Source: Minisyncoccota bacterium
Lineage (GTDB): Bacteria; Patescibacteriota; Minisyncoccia; Phycocordibacterales; UBA9973
Reading direction: 5' to 3'
DNA length: 64,000 nucleotides
Assembly (NCBI GenBank): GCA_041661005.1
Contig: JBAZVG010000001.1
Coordinates: 735,515 to 799,514, forward strand
The notes below the pieces were generated by a model. That model was not told where the DNA came from and did no database searches. It saw only the letters and a program-made list of their open reading frames with translations. Positions 48,847 to 59,222 of the stretch are shown here, one piece after another; the stretch's first letter is position 1; every line of letters begins with the position of its first letter. A program made the translations under genes and the position numbers.

Positions 48847-49911
48847 ATGTTTTACAAACACAACAATAATTATACAGTGGAGAGCGTAACCTCTGGACAT
48901 CCAGACAAAGTCTGTGATCAAATATCGGATGCTATCTTGGATGCGTATTTGAAGTTAGATCCAAAGAGTCGAGTGGCAGTGGAAACTTTCGGTGGACACG
49001 GTAAACTCGTCATCGGTGGGGAAGTGACTTCCAAGGGCGACGTTGATTATGTAAAAATTGCTCGTGAAATTTACAAAAATATTGGCTATAAAGGGGAACT
49101 CGAAATTTCTGCTAACATTGTCAAACAATCTCCAGATATTGCTATGGGGGTAGATACCGGTGGAGCGGGGGACCAAGGCATCATGTATGGATTTGCGACT
49201 GATGAAACACCAGAATTCTTGCCGAAGGGTGTGGTGCTTGTTCACAAATTAGCTAAACGTTTAGAGGAGATGAGAAAAAGTGGAAAAATAAAATGGCTTG
49301 GAGCTGATGGAAAAACTCAAGTAACTTATACAAATGGAAAATTACACACGGTATTGGTCAGCACCCAACATGCGTCAAATATAAAGCTGGAACAAATTAA
49401 AAAAGAAATTACTAAAAAAATAATTAACCCCCTCCTGTCTCCCGCAGAGAGAAAAACAGTTAAAATTCTTGTAAATCCAACAGGGCAATTTATTACTGGT
49501 GGTTTCGAAGCGGATACTGGATTGACCGGACGAAAATTAATGGTGGATACTTATGGCGGATTGATTCCGCATGGTGGAGGATGTTTTTCTGGAAAAGATG
49601 CGACGAAGGTAGATCGCTCAGCAGCTTATATGTGTCGCTATGTTGCAAAGAGTTTGGTAGCTTCCGGATATGGCAAGGAAGCGCTGGTGTCGGTGGCTTA
49701 TGCTATTGGCATGGCTGAACCTTTAATGATAGAAGCGATAAATGAAAAGGGTGAAGATTTGGCAAAAATTGTCCGAGACAATTTTGATTTCAAGCCACTT
49801 GCCATTATCGAACGCTTGGGGCTTCGTAAACCTATCTTCAATCAGACTGCCACTTATGGACACTTTGGCAAGAAAAATCTTCCGTGGGAGAAAATTAAGA
49901 AGATAAAGTAA
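48847..49911 (+). CDS. metK: S-adenosylmethionine synthetase
   Basis: 'ESVTSGHPDKVCDQISDAILDA', 'GGGAFSGKD' ('HGGGCFSGKD') and 'DTYGG' are present. Confidence 0.9.
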   Translation: MFYKHNNNYTVESVTSGHPDKVCDQISDAILDAYLKLDPKSRVAVETFGGHGKLVIGGEVTSKGDVDYVKIAREIYKNIGYKGELEISANIVKQSPDIAMGVDTGGAGDQGIMYGFATDETPEFLPKGVVLVHKLAKRLEEMRKSGKIKWLGADGKTQVTYTNGKLHTVLVSTQHASNIKLEQIKKEITKKIINPLLSPAERKTVKILVNPTGQFITGGFEADTGLTGRKLMVDTYGGLIPHGGGCFSGKDATKVDRSAAYMCRYVAKSLVASGYGKEALVSVAYAIGMAEPLMIEAINEKGEDLAKIVRDNFDFKPLAIIERLGLRKPIFNQTATYGHFGKKNLPWEKIKKIK

Positions 49912-49971
49912 TTATTTTCTAGCAACTTAAGAAAAATGTTCTGAACCAGCACAATTTCCTGACTTCCTTTT

Positions 49972-50826
49972 TTGGTGTATACTATATGTATGTTTAAAAA
50001 ACTACTTCTATTTTCGATTATCTTAGGAATCTATTTTGTAGCAAATAGCGCATTTGCTACTGTCGGCGGACCGACTTATATTTCTGAGATCGCTTTTAGT
50101 GCTGTTAATAATTCTATCTATTACAAAGTGCATGATGGAGGTGGCAGGGGGTGCCCGCCGATTATCCACCGGATTGATTTAGTTACTCTCAAAGATTCGG
50201 AAGTGAAATCATGCAATCAAGTGGAGCGAGAATTTCCATATAGTGAAACAAACACACAAAAGTATAACCAATTTATCGCAGATACTTATGAGAGTCTTTC
50301 TTATCTCGGAAGTGTCAGTCTAAAAAAGAATAATATCGATGTTCAGGTTGAATTTCTATCCGAAAATAAATTAGAAGGAGAAGATAATTGGATTATTTCG
50401 CGCAATTTTCGCGCGACCATCACTCAAGATGATAAAGAAATTGGCGCAATAAATTTTAAGGGGTGTGATAAAGATCAGCCACATGTTTTCGAAGGATATA
50501 TGATTCCAAATTCTGATAAAATGGCTATGTTAATTTCTAACAAAGGAGATTGTTTTGAAGGTGGATATTTAGGGGAAAGTTTACATATTGTGAAAGGTGT
50601 AAAATATTATGATAAAAATATAGTGAGAGGTTTTAAACAAGCATCAGCAACAGAACCGAATATGGGTAATGTCGTGGTGTATGCTGGGGTGGCTAATAAT
50701 CCAGAGCGGGAAGCACCAGCACCTGGAGAGGCTACTACCCCTAATAAAAATAGTAACTATATTCTATATATTATAGTGATTGCTCTAGGATTAGGACTAG
50801 GGTATTTCTTTGGAAGAAAAAGATAG
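49972..50826 (+). CDS. hypothetical secreted protein with C-terminal membrane anchor
   Basis: It has an N-terminal signal/TM and a C-terminal 'YILYIIVIALGLGLGYFFGRKR' TM plus basic tail. Confidence 0.4.
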   Translation: MVYTICMFKKLLLFSIILGIYFVANSAFATVGGPTYISEIAFSAVNNSIYYKVHDGGGRGCPPIIHRIDLVTLKDSEVKSCNQVEREFPYSETNTQKYNQFIADTYESLSYLGSVSLKKNNIDVQVEFLSENKLEGEDNWIISRNFRATITQDDKEIGAINFKGCDKDQPHVFEGYMIPNSDKMAMLISNKGDCFEGGYLGESLHIVKGVKYYDKNIVRGFKQASATEPNMGNVVVYAGVANNPEREAPAPGEATTPNKNSNYILYIIVIALGLGLGYFFGRKR

Positions 50827-50852
50827 ATAATAACTTCTTGACACAGGATTAT

Positions 50853-50937
50853 TCTCCTCTTGAGGAGTACCCTTTAGGGGGAGGTGGATTGAATTTATCC
50901 ACCCCGTCTCGCAAGCGAGCCACCCCTCAAGAGGGGA
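50853..50937. repeat. repeat family Y copy C
   Basis: It has the same TIRs and internal hairpins as copies A and B and lies directly after the stop of ORF 49972-50826. Confidence 0.75.
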
Positions 50938-50979
50938 ATTATGGTTGCAAAATCTAAGGATAAGTTATAAAATAGACGT

Positions 50980-51204
50980 ATGAAGATAAGTTACGATAAA
51001 GAGGCAGATGCCCTAAATATAGAATTTAAAACTGGTCCAGTAGAAAAAACTGTGGAACTTTCTCCTTTGGTTTTTATGGATTTGGATAAAAAAGGGAATC
51101 CGCTTTATTTGGAAATAATTGGCGCTAGTGAAAAATTTGGTAAGAAAAATTTTGGGAAAATAATGATTGGTAAAAAACTTATTGGCTTGCCAGCATTTGC
51201 GTAA
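50980..51204 (+). CDS. DUF2283-like small protein
   Basis: 'MKISYDKEADALNIEF......VE....' is the DUF2283 N-terminal pattern. Confidence 0.5.
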   Translation: MKISYDKEADALNIEFKTGPVEKTVELSPLVFMDLDKKGNPLYLEIIGASEKFGKKNFGKIMIGKKLIGLPAFA

Positions 51205-51699
51205 TTATAATCAATCGAAATTATTAAAGTTGAAATATAAAATTTATACCAGGTGACAAAGTTCCAGGTAGCCAACCAGAAAATATTTCCAAACCTCTTT
51301 CAATAGAGGAATTTGAAAAGCTTAAAGCAGGAGTTACTTTTTGGGCTATTTCAAATCCTGCTGGGAATCCAGATAAGAGTATGGATACAACCCCCATGGA
51401 AATTTATAAGTTTTATAATCTAAACTCTGTGAAAGTGAGAGTGCCTAAATTTAAATTTCCTCTTGATTTCCTTACCGCAGATTTTCTAAATAAGTATAAG
51501 GTTTTTCGCAGTGAAAGTGACGCTAAAGAAGAATTAGAAAGGCAAATAAAATTAAACTAAAAATAAGAAAAAGATGTCCCCAAGTTATCCCCGAATGGAC
51601 CTATTTGACATCATATTTCCTTTCGTATATACTCTCCTAATCAGTATGAATATAACAAGAAACAGTTTAAAAGGCAGGCCTTAATAGACTATTTCTTTT

Positions 51700-51730
51700 G
51701 TCTGTAGGCCGCCTCGAAGGCGGTTTTTTG
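51700..51730 (+). terminator. rho-independent terminator
   Basis: The stem ggccgcctcg/cgaaggcggc is followed by 'ttttttgttt'. Confidence 0.7.
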
Positions 51731-52470
51731 TTTACCCTGAGCTTAGTCGAAGGGTTTAAAAATCAGGACGAATGACACTTTGAAAATTTAATTCTTATCC
51801 TAAATTTGCTGGAGATACAATCTGTATGTCCGGGGTCTTTTTTGGAGATAAGAAAAAGCCAAAAGGTATTCTAGGTAGCGAGCGGTCGCAAACAGAATAT
51901 CTGTTAATTTTTTGGCTTAAAAATTCCCCGCCTATTTCAAGGACGGGGTAAAGTGGTTTTCAAATTTCTTAACAGGAAATTTAAGGGCGTACGGTGGATG
52001 CCTTGACTTTAAGAGGCGATGAAGGACGTGGCGTTGCTGCGATAAGCTTCGGGGAGGTGCTTAGCAACCTTTGATCCGGAGATTTCCGAATGGGGAAACC
52101 CTGTTGAGTATCCCTCAACAATTTTTATCTTTATGATAAAAGAGCGCACCCTGGGAAGTGAAACATCTCAGTACCAGGAGGAGTAGAAACAAATATGCAT
52201 TTCCCCAGTAGCGGCGAGCGAAAAGGAAGAAGCCCAAACTTTAGTCGCAAGACTAAGGGGTTGTAAGGTAGCAGTTTAGAATTTAATTTTTAGAAGAGTC
52301 AAAAAATAAGTTATTAGCTTAAGTTGCTGGAAAGCAACACCATAGGAGGTGATAGTCCCGTGAGCGAAAATAATTTATCTCTTTTATTGCTATTCTTGAG
52401 TACCCCAGGACATGAATGGCCGGGGGGAATCTAGCGGAACTAACCGCTAAGGCTAAATACTCTTAAAGAT

Positions 52471-52507
<37 letters not shown>

Positions 52508-54053
52508 CAGCCCGATTAGGGCGGTGAAATAGACCTGAAACCGTATGTCTACAAGGAGTCGATGCTCCGCTTCGGCGGGGCTACGGCGTGCCTATTGAAG
52601 AATGAGCCAACGAGTTTATTCATGTTGCTGGCAAAGCTGGCTAAAACAGCAGAGCCATAGGGAAACCGAGTGTTAATAGCGCGACCAGCCTCGCGTAGAC
52701 GCAAGTCTAGGCGGGCATTATAGTAACATGCATAAGACCCGAAACTAGGTGAGCTTGCCATGAGCAGGTTGAAGTAGGTCGAAAGACTTATGGAGGACCG
52801 AACCGGTAGATCGTACAACGTCTTCGGATGACTTGTGGTAAGGAGTGAAAAGCTAATCGAACCTAGTAATAGCTGGTTCTCTCCGAAATAGCTTTAGGGC
52901 TAGCGTCGTGTGTTTCTTTTGGGGGTAGAGCACTGGAAGGTTCGGACAGACCGCAAGGCCGCTGAACCTATCAAACTCCGAATACCAGAAGTAAGAACAC
53001 GGCAGTTAGGCTATGGGGGCGAAGCTCCATTAGCCAAAAGGGAAACAGCCCAGATCTCAAAATAAGGTCCCTAAATATATACTAAGTGTAAGACAAGAAG
53101 GTGAAGTTTCTTAAACAATGAGGAGGTTGGCTTAGAAGCAGCCATCCTTTAAAGATAGCGTAACAGCTCACTCATCTAGAGATTTTGCGTCGAAAATAAT
53201 TGGGGCTAAGTATATTACCGAATTTGAGGATTTTAATTCTGTTTACAGAACTAAAGTGGTAGGAGAGTGTTCCACTCTGCTGTGAAGGAAGACCCGTGAG
53301 GGCTTCTGGAGCGTGTGGAAGTAAGAATGTTGGCACAAGTAACCGCAATGATGCTGAGAACGCATCACGTCGAAAGATCAAGGTTTCCTTGGTAATGTCA
53401 ATCAGCCAAGGGTTAGTCGGGCCTAAGGGAATGGCGAAAGCCGTACTCGATGGACACAGGGTTAATATTCCCTGACTTCTGTATTTTGTGATGGGATGAC
53501 GGAGGGTAGTATGTATCGCTCATTATTGGATTTGAAGTTTGTGTCTTGATTGTGCTCTGTAGGAAAATCCGCAGAGTGCCTTAAATGGCGCATGAAAGAG
53601 AAGCAAAAAGTTTTATTCTTCGGGATAGGACAATGATACAAAGCACGCTTCCAAGAAAACTCTCTAAACTTATGAATATAGAATCCGTACCGCAAACCGA
53701 CACAGGTGATCAGGTCGATTAGACCAAGACGAACGAGTGAGTGGTCCCCAAGGAACTCGGCAAAAAAGCAGCCGTAACTTCGGGATAAGGCTTCCCTTCG
53801 ATTCGATACTGCGTATCTCACTCAGGGCAGGCCCCATTTAAGATTTCAATTTCTTATTGGGGTTTACCCTGAGCGAGGTGCTTAGCACCGAGTCGAAGGG
53901 CGCAGTGAAAGTATCTCTGGCAACTGTTTACCAAAAACACAGCTCCCTGCGAACTCGCAAGAGGATGTATAGGGGGTGACACCTGACCAATGCCAGAAGG
54001 TCAAATATCGCCGTTGGTAGTAGCAATATTATTAGTGAGTGATATAAGCCCTG

Positions 54054-54096
<43 letters not shown>

Positions 54097-54752
54097 ACCT
54101 TGTCGGGTAAGTTCCGACGCGCACGAATGGTGTAATGACTGGAGAACTGTCTCGGGGACCAGCTCGGTGAAAATACAATACCGGTGAAGATGCCGGTTAA
54201 GTGCAGTTAGACGAAAAGACCCTATGAAGCTTTACTATAACTTTATATTGAGCATGTTTTTGGACTGCGTAGAATAGATGGGAGAGGTCTGATGGATTCG
54301 TTCTTGGATGAATTCTACTCAACAGTGAAATACCATTCTTTTTGAAGGCATGTTCTAACCAAAACGGCAAAAACGTTTTGAGACAGTATATGGTGGATAG
54401 TTTTACTGGGGCTGTACCCTCCTAAAGAGTAAAGGAGGGGTTTAAAGGTCAGCTAGGCGCGAATGGAAACCGTGCCGATAGTGTATGAGCACAAGCTGGC
54501 TTGACTGTAAGAGGTACATCTCAAGCAGGTGGGAAACCAGAATCAAGTGAACCGACCACCCGTGTTAGACGCGGTGGAAGATTAACGGATAAAAGCTACT
54601 CTAGGGATAACAGGCTAGTTCCGCCCAAGAGTTCATATCGACGGCGGAGTTCGGCACCTCGATGTCGGCTCACCTTAGCGCGGCGGCGGAGAAGCTGCCA
54701 AGCGTTTGGCTGTTCGCCAATTAAAAAGGTACGCGAGCTGGGTTCAGACCGT

Positions 54753-55289
54753 TAAAATTATAAATTTATTTTTGTAGTTTTGACAGTTTGAACCCTCAGA
54801 GGAAAGTTTTGAACTTATGTTATAAAAATTAGTGAGGAGTAAAACAAAATTTATTTTTATTTTGTCCGAGCGAAATTTTTATATGAAATGTTTACATTTC
54901 ATATTTAAAATTGTTTTGTTTATGAAATTGAAAGATAGAACCAATCAAATCACGGCGGTCGCATAAAGTAATTTATGTAGATCAAGCTAATGAAATCGGT
55001 GAAGTCCACATGAAAGGGATAATACCGAGGGGTTTATTGTGTGCTAGTTAGTGGGGGAATATCATAGAAGACTCCAACCAAGGAAGTCTCGAGAACGACA
55101 CACTGTTCCGTGCCAAATCCTAGGAATGTACAGAGTACATGGAGCGCCTACCACTGTTGGTGACGATGCGAAAGCGTGTCGTCACCTCCACTAATCAGCA
55201 CATAATAAATTTCCGTAGAGACTAACAATTAGCCATCCTAGAATGGATGAAGATATAGTCCAATGCACAAAGTAATTTGTGATATCATG
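54753..55289 (+). other. intron 1 in 23S rRNA (ORF-less, ~537 nt) at the GAACGU|CGUGAGACAG site of domain V
   Basis: The flanking exons join to the conserved 'gaccgt|cgtgagacagg'. The upstream exon ends in U and the insert ends in G (group I-like). The 3' terminal ~45 nt are similar to those of intron 2. Confidence 0.6.
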
Positions 55290-55352
55290 CGTGAGACAGG
55301 TTGGTCTCCTATCTACTGCACTCGTTGATTCTTGAAAAGATTTGCGCTTAGT

Positions 55353-56176
55353 AAACCCGCAAGGGTTATTGCTACTTCCTGTAGAAATACAGGATGACAA
55401 TGTGGCTAATAACGGTGGAGTCTTCATCTATGTTTCTAGTCCGATGAAAAATAATATCGAACGGTCTTTGGTGTTATGGTTCGCTTGAGGACCAGAAATG
55501 TGATAAGATAATACCGTGGGAAGTCAATCTAAAATCAAATTAGCGTATATTGCCGGTTTTCTTGATGGAGATGGTAGTCTGATGCTTCAGCTTAAAAAGC
55601 GAAGCGATAGTAAACGAGCAATTCGTTTTATGACTACAATTTGTTTTTATCAAGACACTAGGCATGAAAAAACTTTGTATTGGATAAAAGAAGTTTTAGG
55701 TATCGGTTATATTTCCCATAGAAATGATGGAATGACTGAACTGCGAATAAATGGTTATAAACAAATAAGAGATATTCTTACAAGTTTGTTGCCATATATT
55801 CAATTCAAAAAACTTCAAGCTTATGCGCTTTTACAAGCATGTAAGGTGTTATCTGAAACAAAGTTCAGTAAGCTAACAAAAAGGCAACTATTTAAACTTG
55901 TCGATCTAATTTTAGTTATTCAAAGTGAGAACTATGTGACTAAAAAGAAGAAAACAATAGAAGAGTTGCATAAAGTTTTAGGTTTGACCCCGTAACGACT
56001 TATCTCTGACATGTGTCAGAGTGGACTTGCATGACGCTGGAAAGTTTCTTTCAGAAATTTTTTTTGAGAAACAGGCTTATGCTTGTAATACGCCAACATC
56101 CTCCTTCAGCATTATTTATTTTGTTGAAAAGGATGAAGATATAGTCTGCACTCCTAGAAATAGGGGATATAATGTG
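55353..56176 (+). mobile_element. intron 2 in 23S rRNA (~824 nt) inserted in the sarcin-ricin loop region (CUAGU|ACGAGAGGACC) and encoding a LAGLIDADG endonuclease
   Basis: The exons join to 'cttagt|acgagaggaccgg'. The upstream exon ends in U and the insert ends in G. It shares the 3' block 'ggatgaagatatagtc...gatata.atg' with intron 1. Confidence 0.6.
55516..55995 (+). CDS. LAGLIDADG homing endonuclease (single-motif, GTG start)
   Basis: 'KLAYIAGFLDGDGSL' is the LAGLIDADG motif. The 159-aa ORF lies inside the 23S insert. Confidence 0.85.
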   Translation: MGSQSKIKLAYIAGFLDGDGSLMLQLKKRSDSKRAIRFMTTICFYQDTRHEKTLYWIKEVLGIGYISHRNDGMTELRINGYKQIRDILTSLLPYIQFKKLQAYALLQACKVLSETKFSKLTKRQLFKLVDLILVIQSENYVTKKKKTIEELHKVLGLTP

Positions 56177-56457
56177 ACGAGAGGACCGGCGTGAACTGAC
56201 CTCTGGTGTACGAGCTGTCCTGCCAAGGGCACTGCTCGGTAACTATGTCGGGATTGGATAACCTCTGAAAGCATCTAAGAGGGAAGCCAGCTTTAAGATT
56301 AGGAATCGTTAAGAACCGTGAGAGATGATCACGTTGATAGGCTTTAAGTGTAAGGCGAGTAATCGCTTGAGCTGAGAAGTACTAATGTTTCGATTCCTGT
56401 TAAGAAATTTGGAAACCACAACTTGCCTCGCCGAAACCTCGGTGTAGGCGGGAAAAA

Positions 56458-56630
56458 TTGAAAACTGAGTATTGGGAGTGTTTGTGTATTAATGCGAGCT
56501 GTATTAAAGCTTTAAGGACGTGATCCTGCAATACACTGCACCCCCATTATGCTCTTTTTGCACTTTTGTAGCGCAAATATCGATCCGGTTTCAGCTGAAT
56601 TTCTCACTGAAACCCAATACTCAGTTTTCA
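56458..56630. repeat. ITS element bounded by 19-bp perfect inverted repeats
   Basis: 'ttgaaaactgagtattggg' at 56458-56476 is the reverse complement of 'cccaatactcagttttcaa' at 56612-56630. It lies between 23S and 5S. Confidence 0.7.
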
Positions 56631-56650
56631 ATGATTTTAGTGAGGATGTT

Positions 56651-56771
<121 letters not shown>

Positions 56772-56811
56772 AAAGTGTTTAAAACCTTATGTATGTTATA
56801 ATAATAAAGTT

Positions 56812-57102
56812 ATGACAATTATAATTTCTCTTGTTTATCTTCTCTCTTTTGCTGGTATCTTTATGGCCGTAGGATTATCAGGTTCTTCTTCAGTTGTAGA
56901 AAGTATTATTCAGGAACCAATGCTGGGTCTAGTTTTAGTATTTTTATTATTTGGATTTTTTGCAACCATTATGTGGCATAGAAAATCGCAAAGACAAGAA
57001 AATTATAAAATTTGGTTTTATTTTTCTGTTGGCGTTATTTTGTTGCTACTCCTTGTTCCGATGGCTATGAATTGGCAAGTATTTTTAAGGGGTCTATCAT
57101 AA
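56812..57102 (+). CDS. small hypothetical membrane protein
   Basis: The 96-aa ORF has three predicted TM helices. Confidence 0.35.
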   Translation: MTIIISLVYLLSFAGIFMAVGLSGSSSVVESIIQEPMLGLVLVFLLFGFFATIMWHRKSQRQENYKIWFYFSVGVILLLLLVPMAMNWQVFLRGLS

Positions 57103-57279
57103 TTTTAATATCTTAAATTGTCGCAAGTTGTCCCGCCTTTGGAGGGCACCGAGCATGCCCCGTAGTGAAATGAAGTTTCTACTACTGGGGTACTTGATTC
57201 TAGAATTACCAGTAAACAAATTGCTGGTTTTTTGTGCTATAATTTATTTATTACTATAATAGTACAAAAATAAAATTTT

Positions 57280-57528
57280 ATGTCATCAGAAGAAAACCCT
57301 TTTAATCTTACTGGAGCTGAAACCGAAGAAGGTCGCAGACTTGCCAACTCTCCTGAAATTAAAGCAATGATGGAAAGAGCTCGGGAACAAGATGTTGTCG
57401 AGGAGGTAGAAAGTAGGAGGAAATTTGAGGAAGTTGAAATGTTGCTAAAGGAAGTTGAAACCTTAGAAGAAAGGGTAATAGAAATTGACACTAAATTAGC
57501 CGAATTAGGCCATCCTAGAATAAAATAA
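57280..57528 (+). CDS. small acidic coiled-coil hypothetical protein
   Basis: The 82-aa ORF has an E/K-rich heptad-like pattern. A -10-like 'tataat' lies upstream. Confidence 0.35.
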   Translation: MSSEENPFNLTGAETEEGRRLANSPEIKAMMERAREQDVVEEVESRRKFEEVEMLLKEVETLEERVIEIDTKLAELGHPRIK

Positions 57529-57647
57529 TAAATATTTGCTGGTTTTTTGGAGTTGATTTGACTTATCCCCAACTCTTGACTTTTTAGGTAAAAAAAGAGT
57601 ATAATAGCCGTATCAATACGAAAAAGGATCCGAAAGGTGCTAGTGCC

Positions 57648-58280
57648 TTAGGAGCCTTTTTCATTTATGGGCCCAATTTCTTCTGTTGGTTTATCAACTG
57701 CATCATTATTTTTAACTTTTTCAATATAGCTTTTTATGTTGTCTAGGTAGTCGTAATGCTCAGATCCTAGAGCCTTATATAAAGAAGAAGCAAATTTCTT
57801 ATTAGGAAATAGTATTTTCTTGAATTTATTCTTACCTACTAAGTAATATATCAATTTTTTATAATCTCCATCCCCCGAAACTATAATTACTTTATCAAAG
57901 CTATTCTCAATTAAGCTTCTCATTACTTCAAATACAATGTCGGTATCAACATTTCCTTTCTTTAATGATTTTGCTTTACTGTTGTGTTCTTTAAATAAAA
58001 TAATAAAACCTGCTTTTTGAATCTCTTTATATAACTCATCATGTTTCTCATTGAAATATCCCAAAACATAATAAGCTTCTTTTACAGCATAATTTTCAGC
58101 TAAATAGATACGAAATTTCTCTAAGTCTACCTCCCAAGCGTCAGAACAAGTGCAGTCTGTAAGTTGCATTTGTTTTAATTCTATACCAAGCGCTTTTGCA
58201 CATGAGTCGCATTTTGTAGTACCAAAGTATAGGTTTTGAGCATCTATGAGAGCAAATTTTTTTTCGTTTTCCGTGTCCAT
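57648..58280 (-). CDS. NYN-domain (LabA-like) protein
   Basis: 'FALIDAQNLYF...GNVDTDIVFEVM...VIIVSGDGDY' is the PIN-like NYN signature. The likely start is the internal Met 'MDTENEKK'. Confidence 0.6.
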   Translation of the reverse strand: MDTENEKKFALIDAQNLYFGTTKCDSCAKALGIELKQMQLTDCTCSDAWEVDLEKFRIYLAENYAVKEAYYVLGYFNEKHDELYKEIQKAGFIILFKEHNSKAKSLKKGNVDTDIVFEVMRSLIENSFDKVIIVSGDGDYKKLIYYLVGKNKFKKILFPNKKFASSLYKALGSEHYDYLDNIKSYIEKVKNNDAVDKPTEEIGPINEKGS

Positions 58281-58428
58281 GTTGCAATTATAGTATTTTT
58301 GAGCTTTTTTCCAAAAAATAAAACAGCGAAAGCACATGCCCAGCACTAAGCTATGCTTTAGTGCTGGGGTAGGTAGGCGCCAGAACAATGTATTTGAGAA
58401 ATCTCTTGTATAATGATAAAATATTCTC

Positions 58429-59220
58429 ATGGCACTCATGACATGGGCTTTAAAGAGACAGATTTTTTATGTGTTAATACTTGTTTCATTTCTTGCAATT
58501 TTTGGGTTTTTAATAGTCTATCCAAAAATAAATAAAGCGCCGAGTTGCGCTGATAATAAACAGAATGGAAATGAAACTGGCATAGATTGCGGAGGATCGT
58601 GTCTGAATGCGTGTATTGCAGAAGTAAGTCCTGTTTCAATTCTCTGGTCTCGCGCCTTCAAAGTCATTCCAGGACGCTACAATGCTCTAGCTTATCTCGA
58701 AAATCAAAATGGAAATGTGGCCATCAGTAAAATAAATTACAAATTTCGTTTTGCTGATGGAAATAATGTTTATATTGGCAAACGTGAAGGTAGCGCATAC
58801 GTGCCTCCTTCGGGTCGTTTTGCTATCTTTGAACCGGGCATAGACATTGGCAATTCTGTTCCCGTCTATACTACTTTCGAGTTTACGCAAACACCGCAAT
58901 GGATCACAGTTCCGCAAGAGAAGATCAATCAGTTGAAAGTGTTGGTTTCAAATATAAATCTTATAAATGAGGAAACAAATCCAGCACTCTCTGCTGTTAT
59001 AAGAAACAATTCTCTTTATTCTATACCAAAAATAGACGTGATTGCTATTTTATATGACGCCGACAACAATGCCGTCTCTGCCAGTCGCACTTATTTAGAA
59101 ACGCTGGCAGGCGAAGAAAGCAAAGAGGTAAATTTCACTTGGCCGGAACCTTTTTCAGGTAAAGTTATCGCCAAGGAAATAATACCCATGTATAACATTC
59201 TCTCGGTGCAATTAAGGTAA
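58429..59220 (+). CDS. hypothetical membrane-anchored protein upstream of rodA
   Basis: It has an N-terminal TM helix, a Cys-rich 'CADNKQNGNETGIDCGGSCLNAC' segment, and a beta-rich ectodomain. Confidence 0.4.
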   Translation: MALMTWALKRQIFYVLILVSFLAIFGFLIVYPKINKAPSCADNKQNGNETGIDCGGSCLNACIAEVSPVSILWSRAFKVIPGRYNALAYLENQNGNVAISKINYKFRFADGNNVYIGKREGSAYVPPSGRFAIFEPGIDIGNSVPVYTTFEFTQTPQWITVPQEKINQLKVLVSNINLINEETNPALSAVIRNNSLYSIPKIDVIAILYDADNNAVSASRTYLETLAGEESKEVNFTWPEPFSGKVIAKEIIPMYNILSVQLR

Positions 59221-59222
59221 TT

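Noticed and set aside
47210-51970. Search for tRNA, tmRNA, RNase P or SRP RNA genes in the larger intergenic regions
   Set aside because: No GGTTCGAATCC-type T-loop with a matching acceptor stem was found. No RNase P ('GGAAAGTCCGGGCTCC'), SRP ('AGGUCAGGUCCGGAAGGAAGCAGC') or tmRNA ('GGGG...CCACCA') consensus blocks were found by eye.
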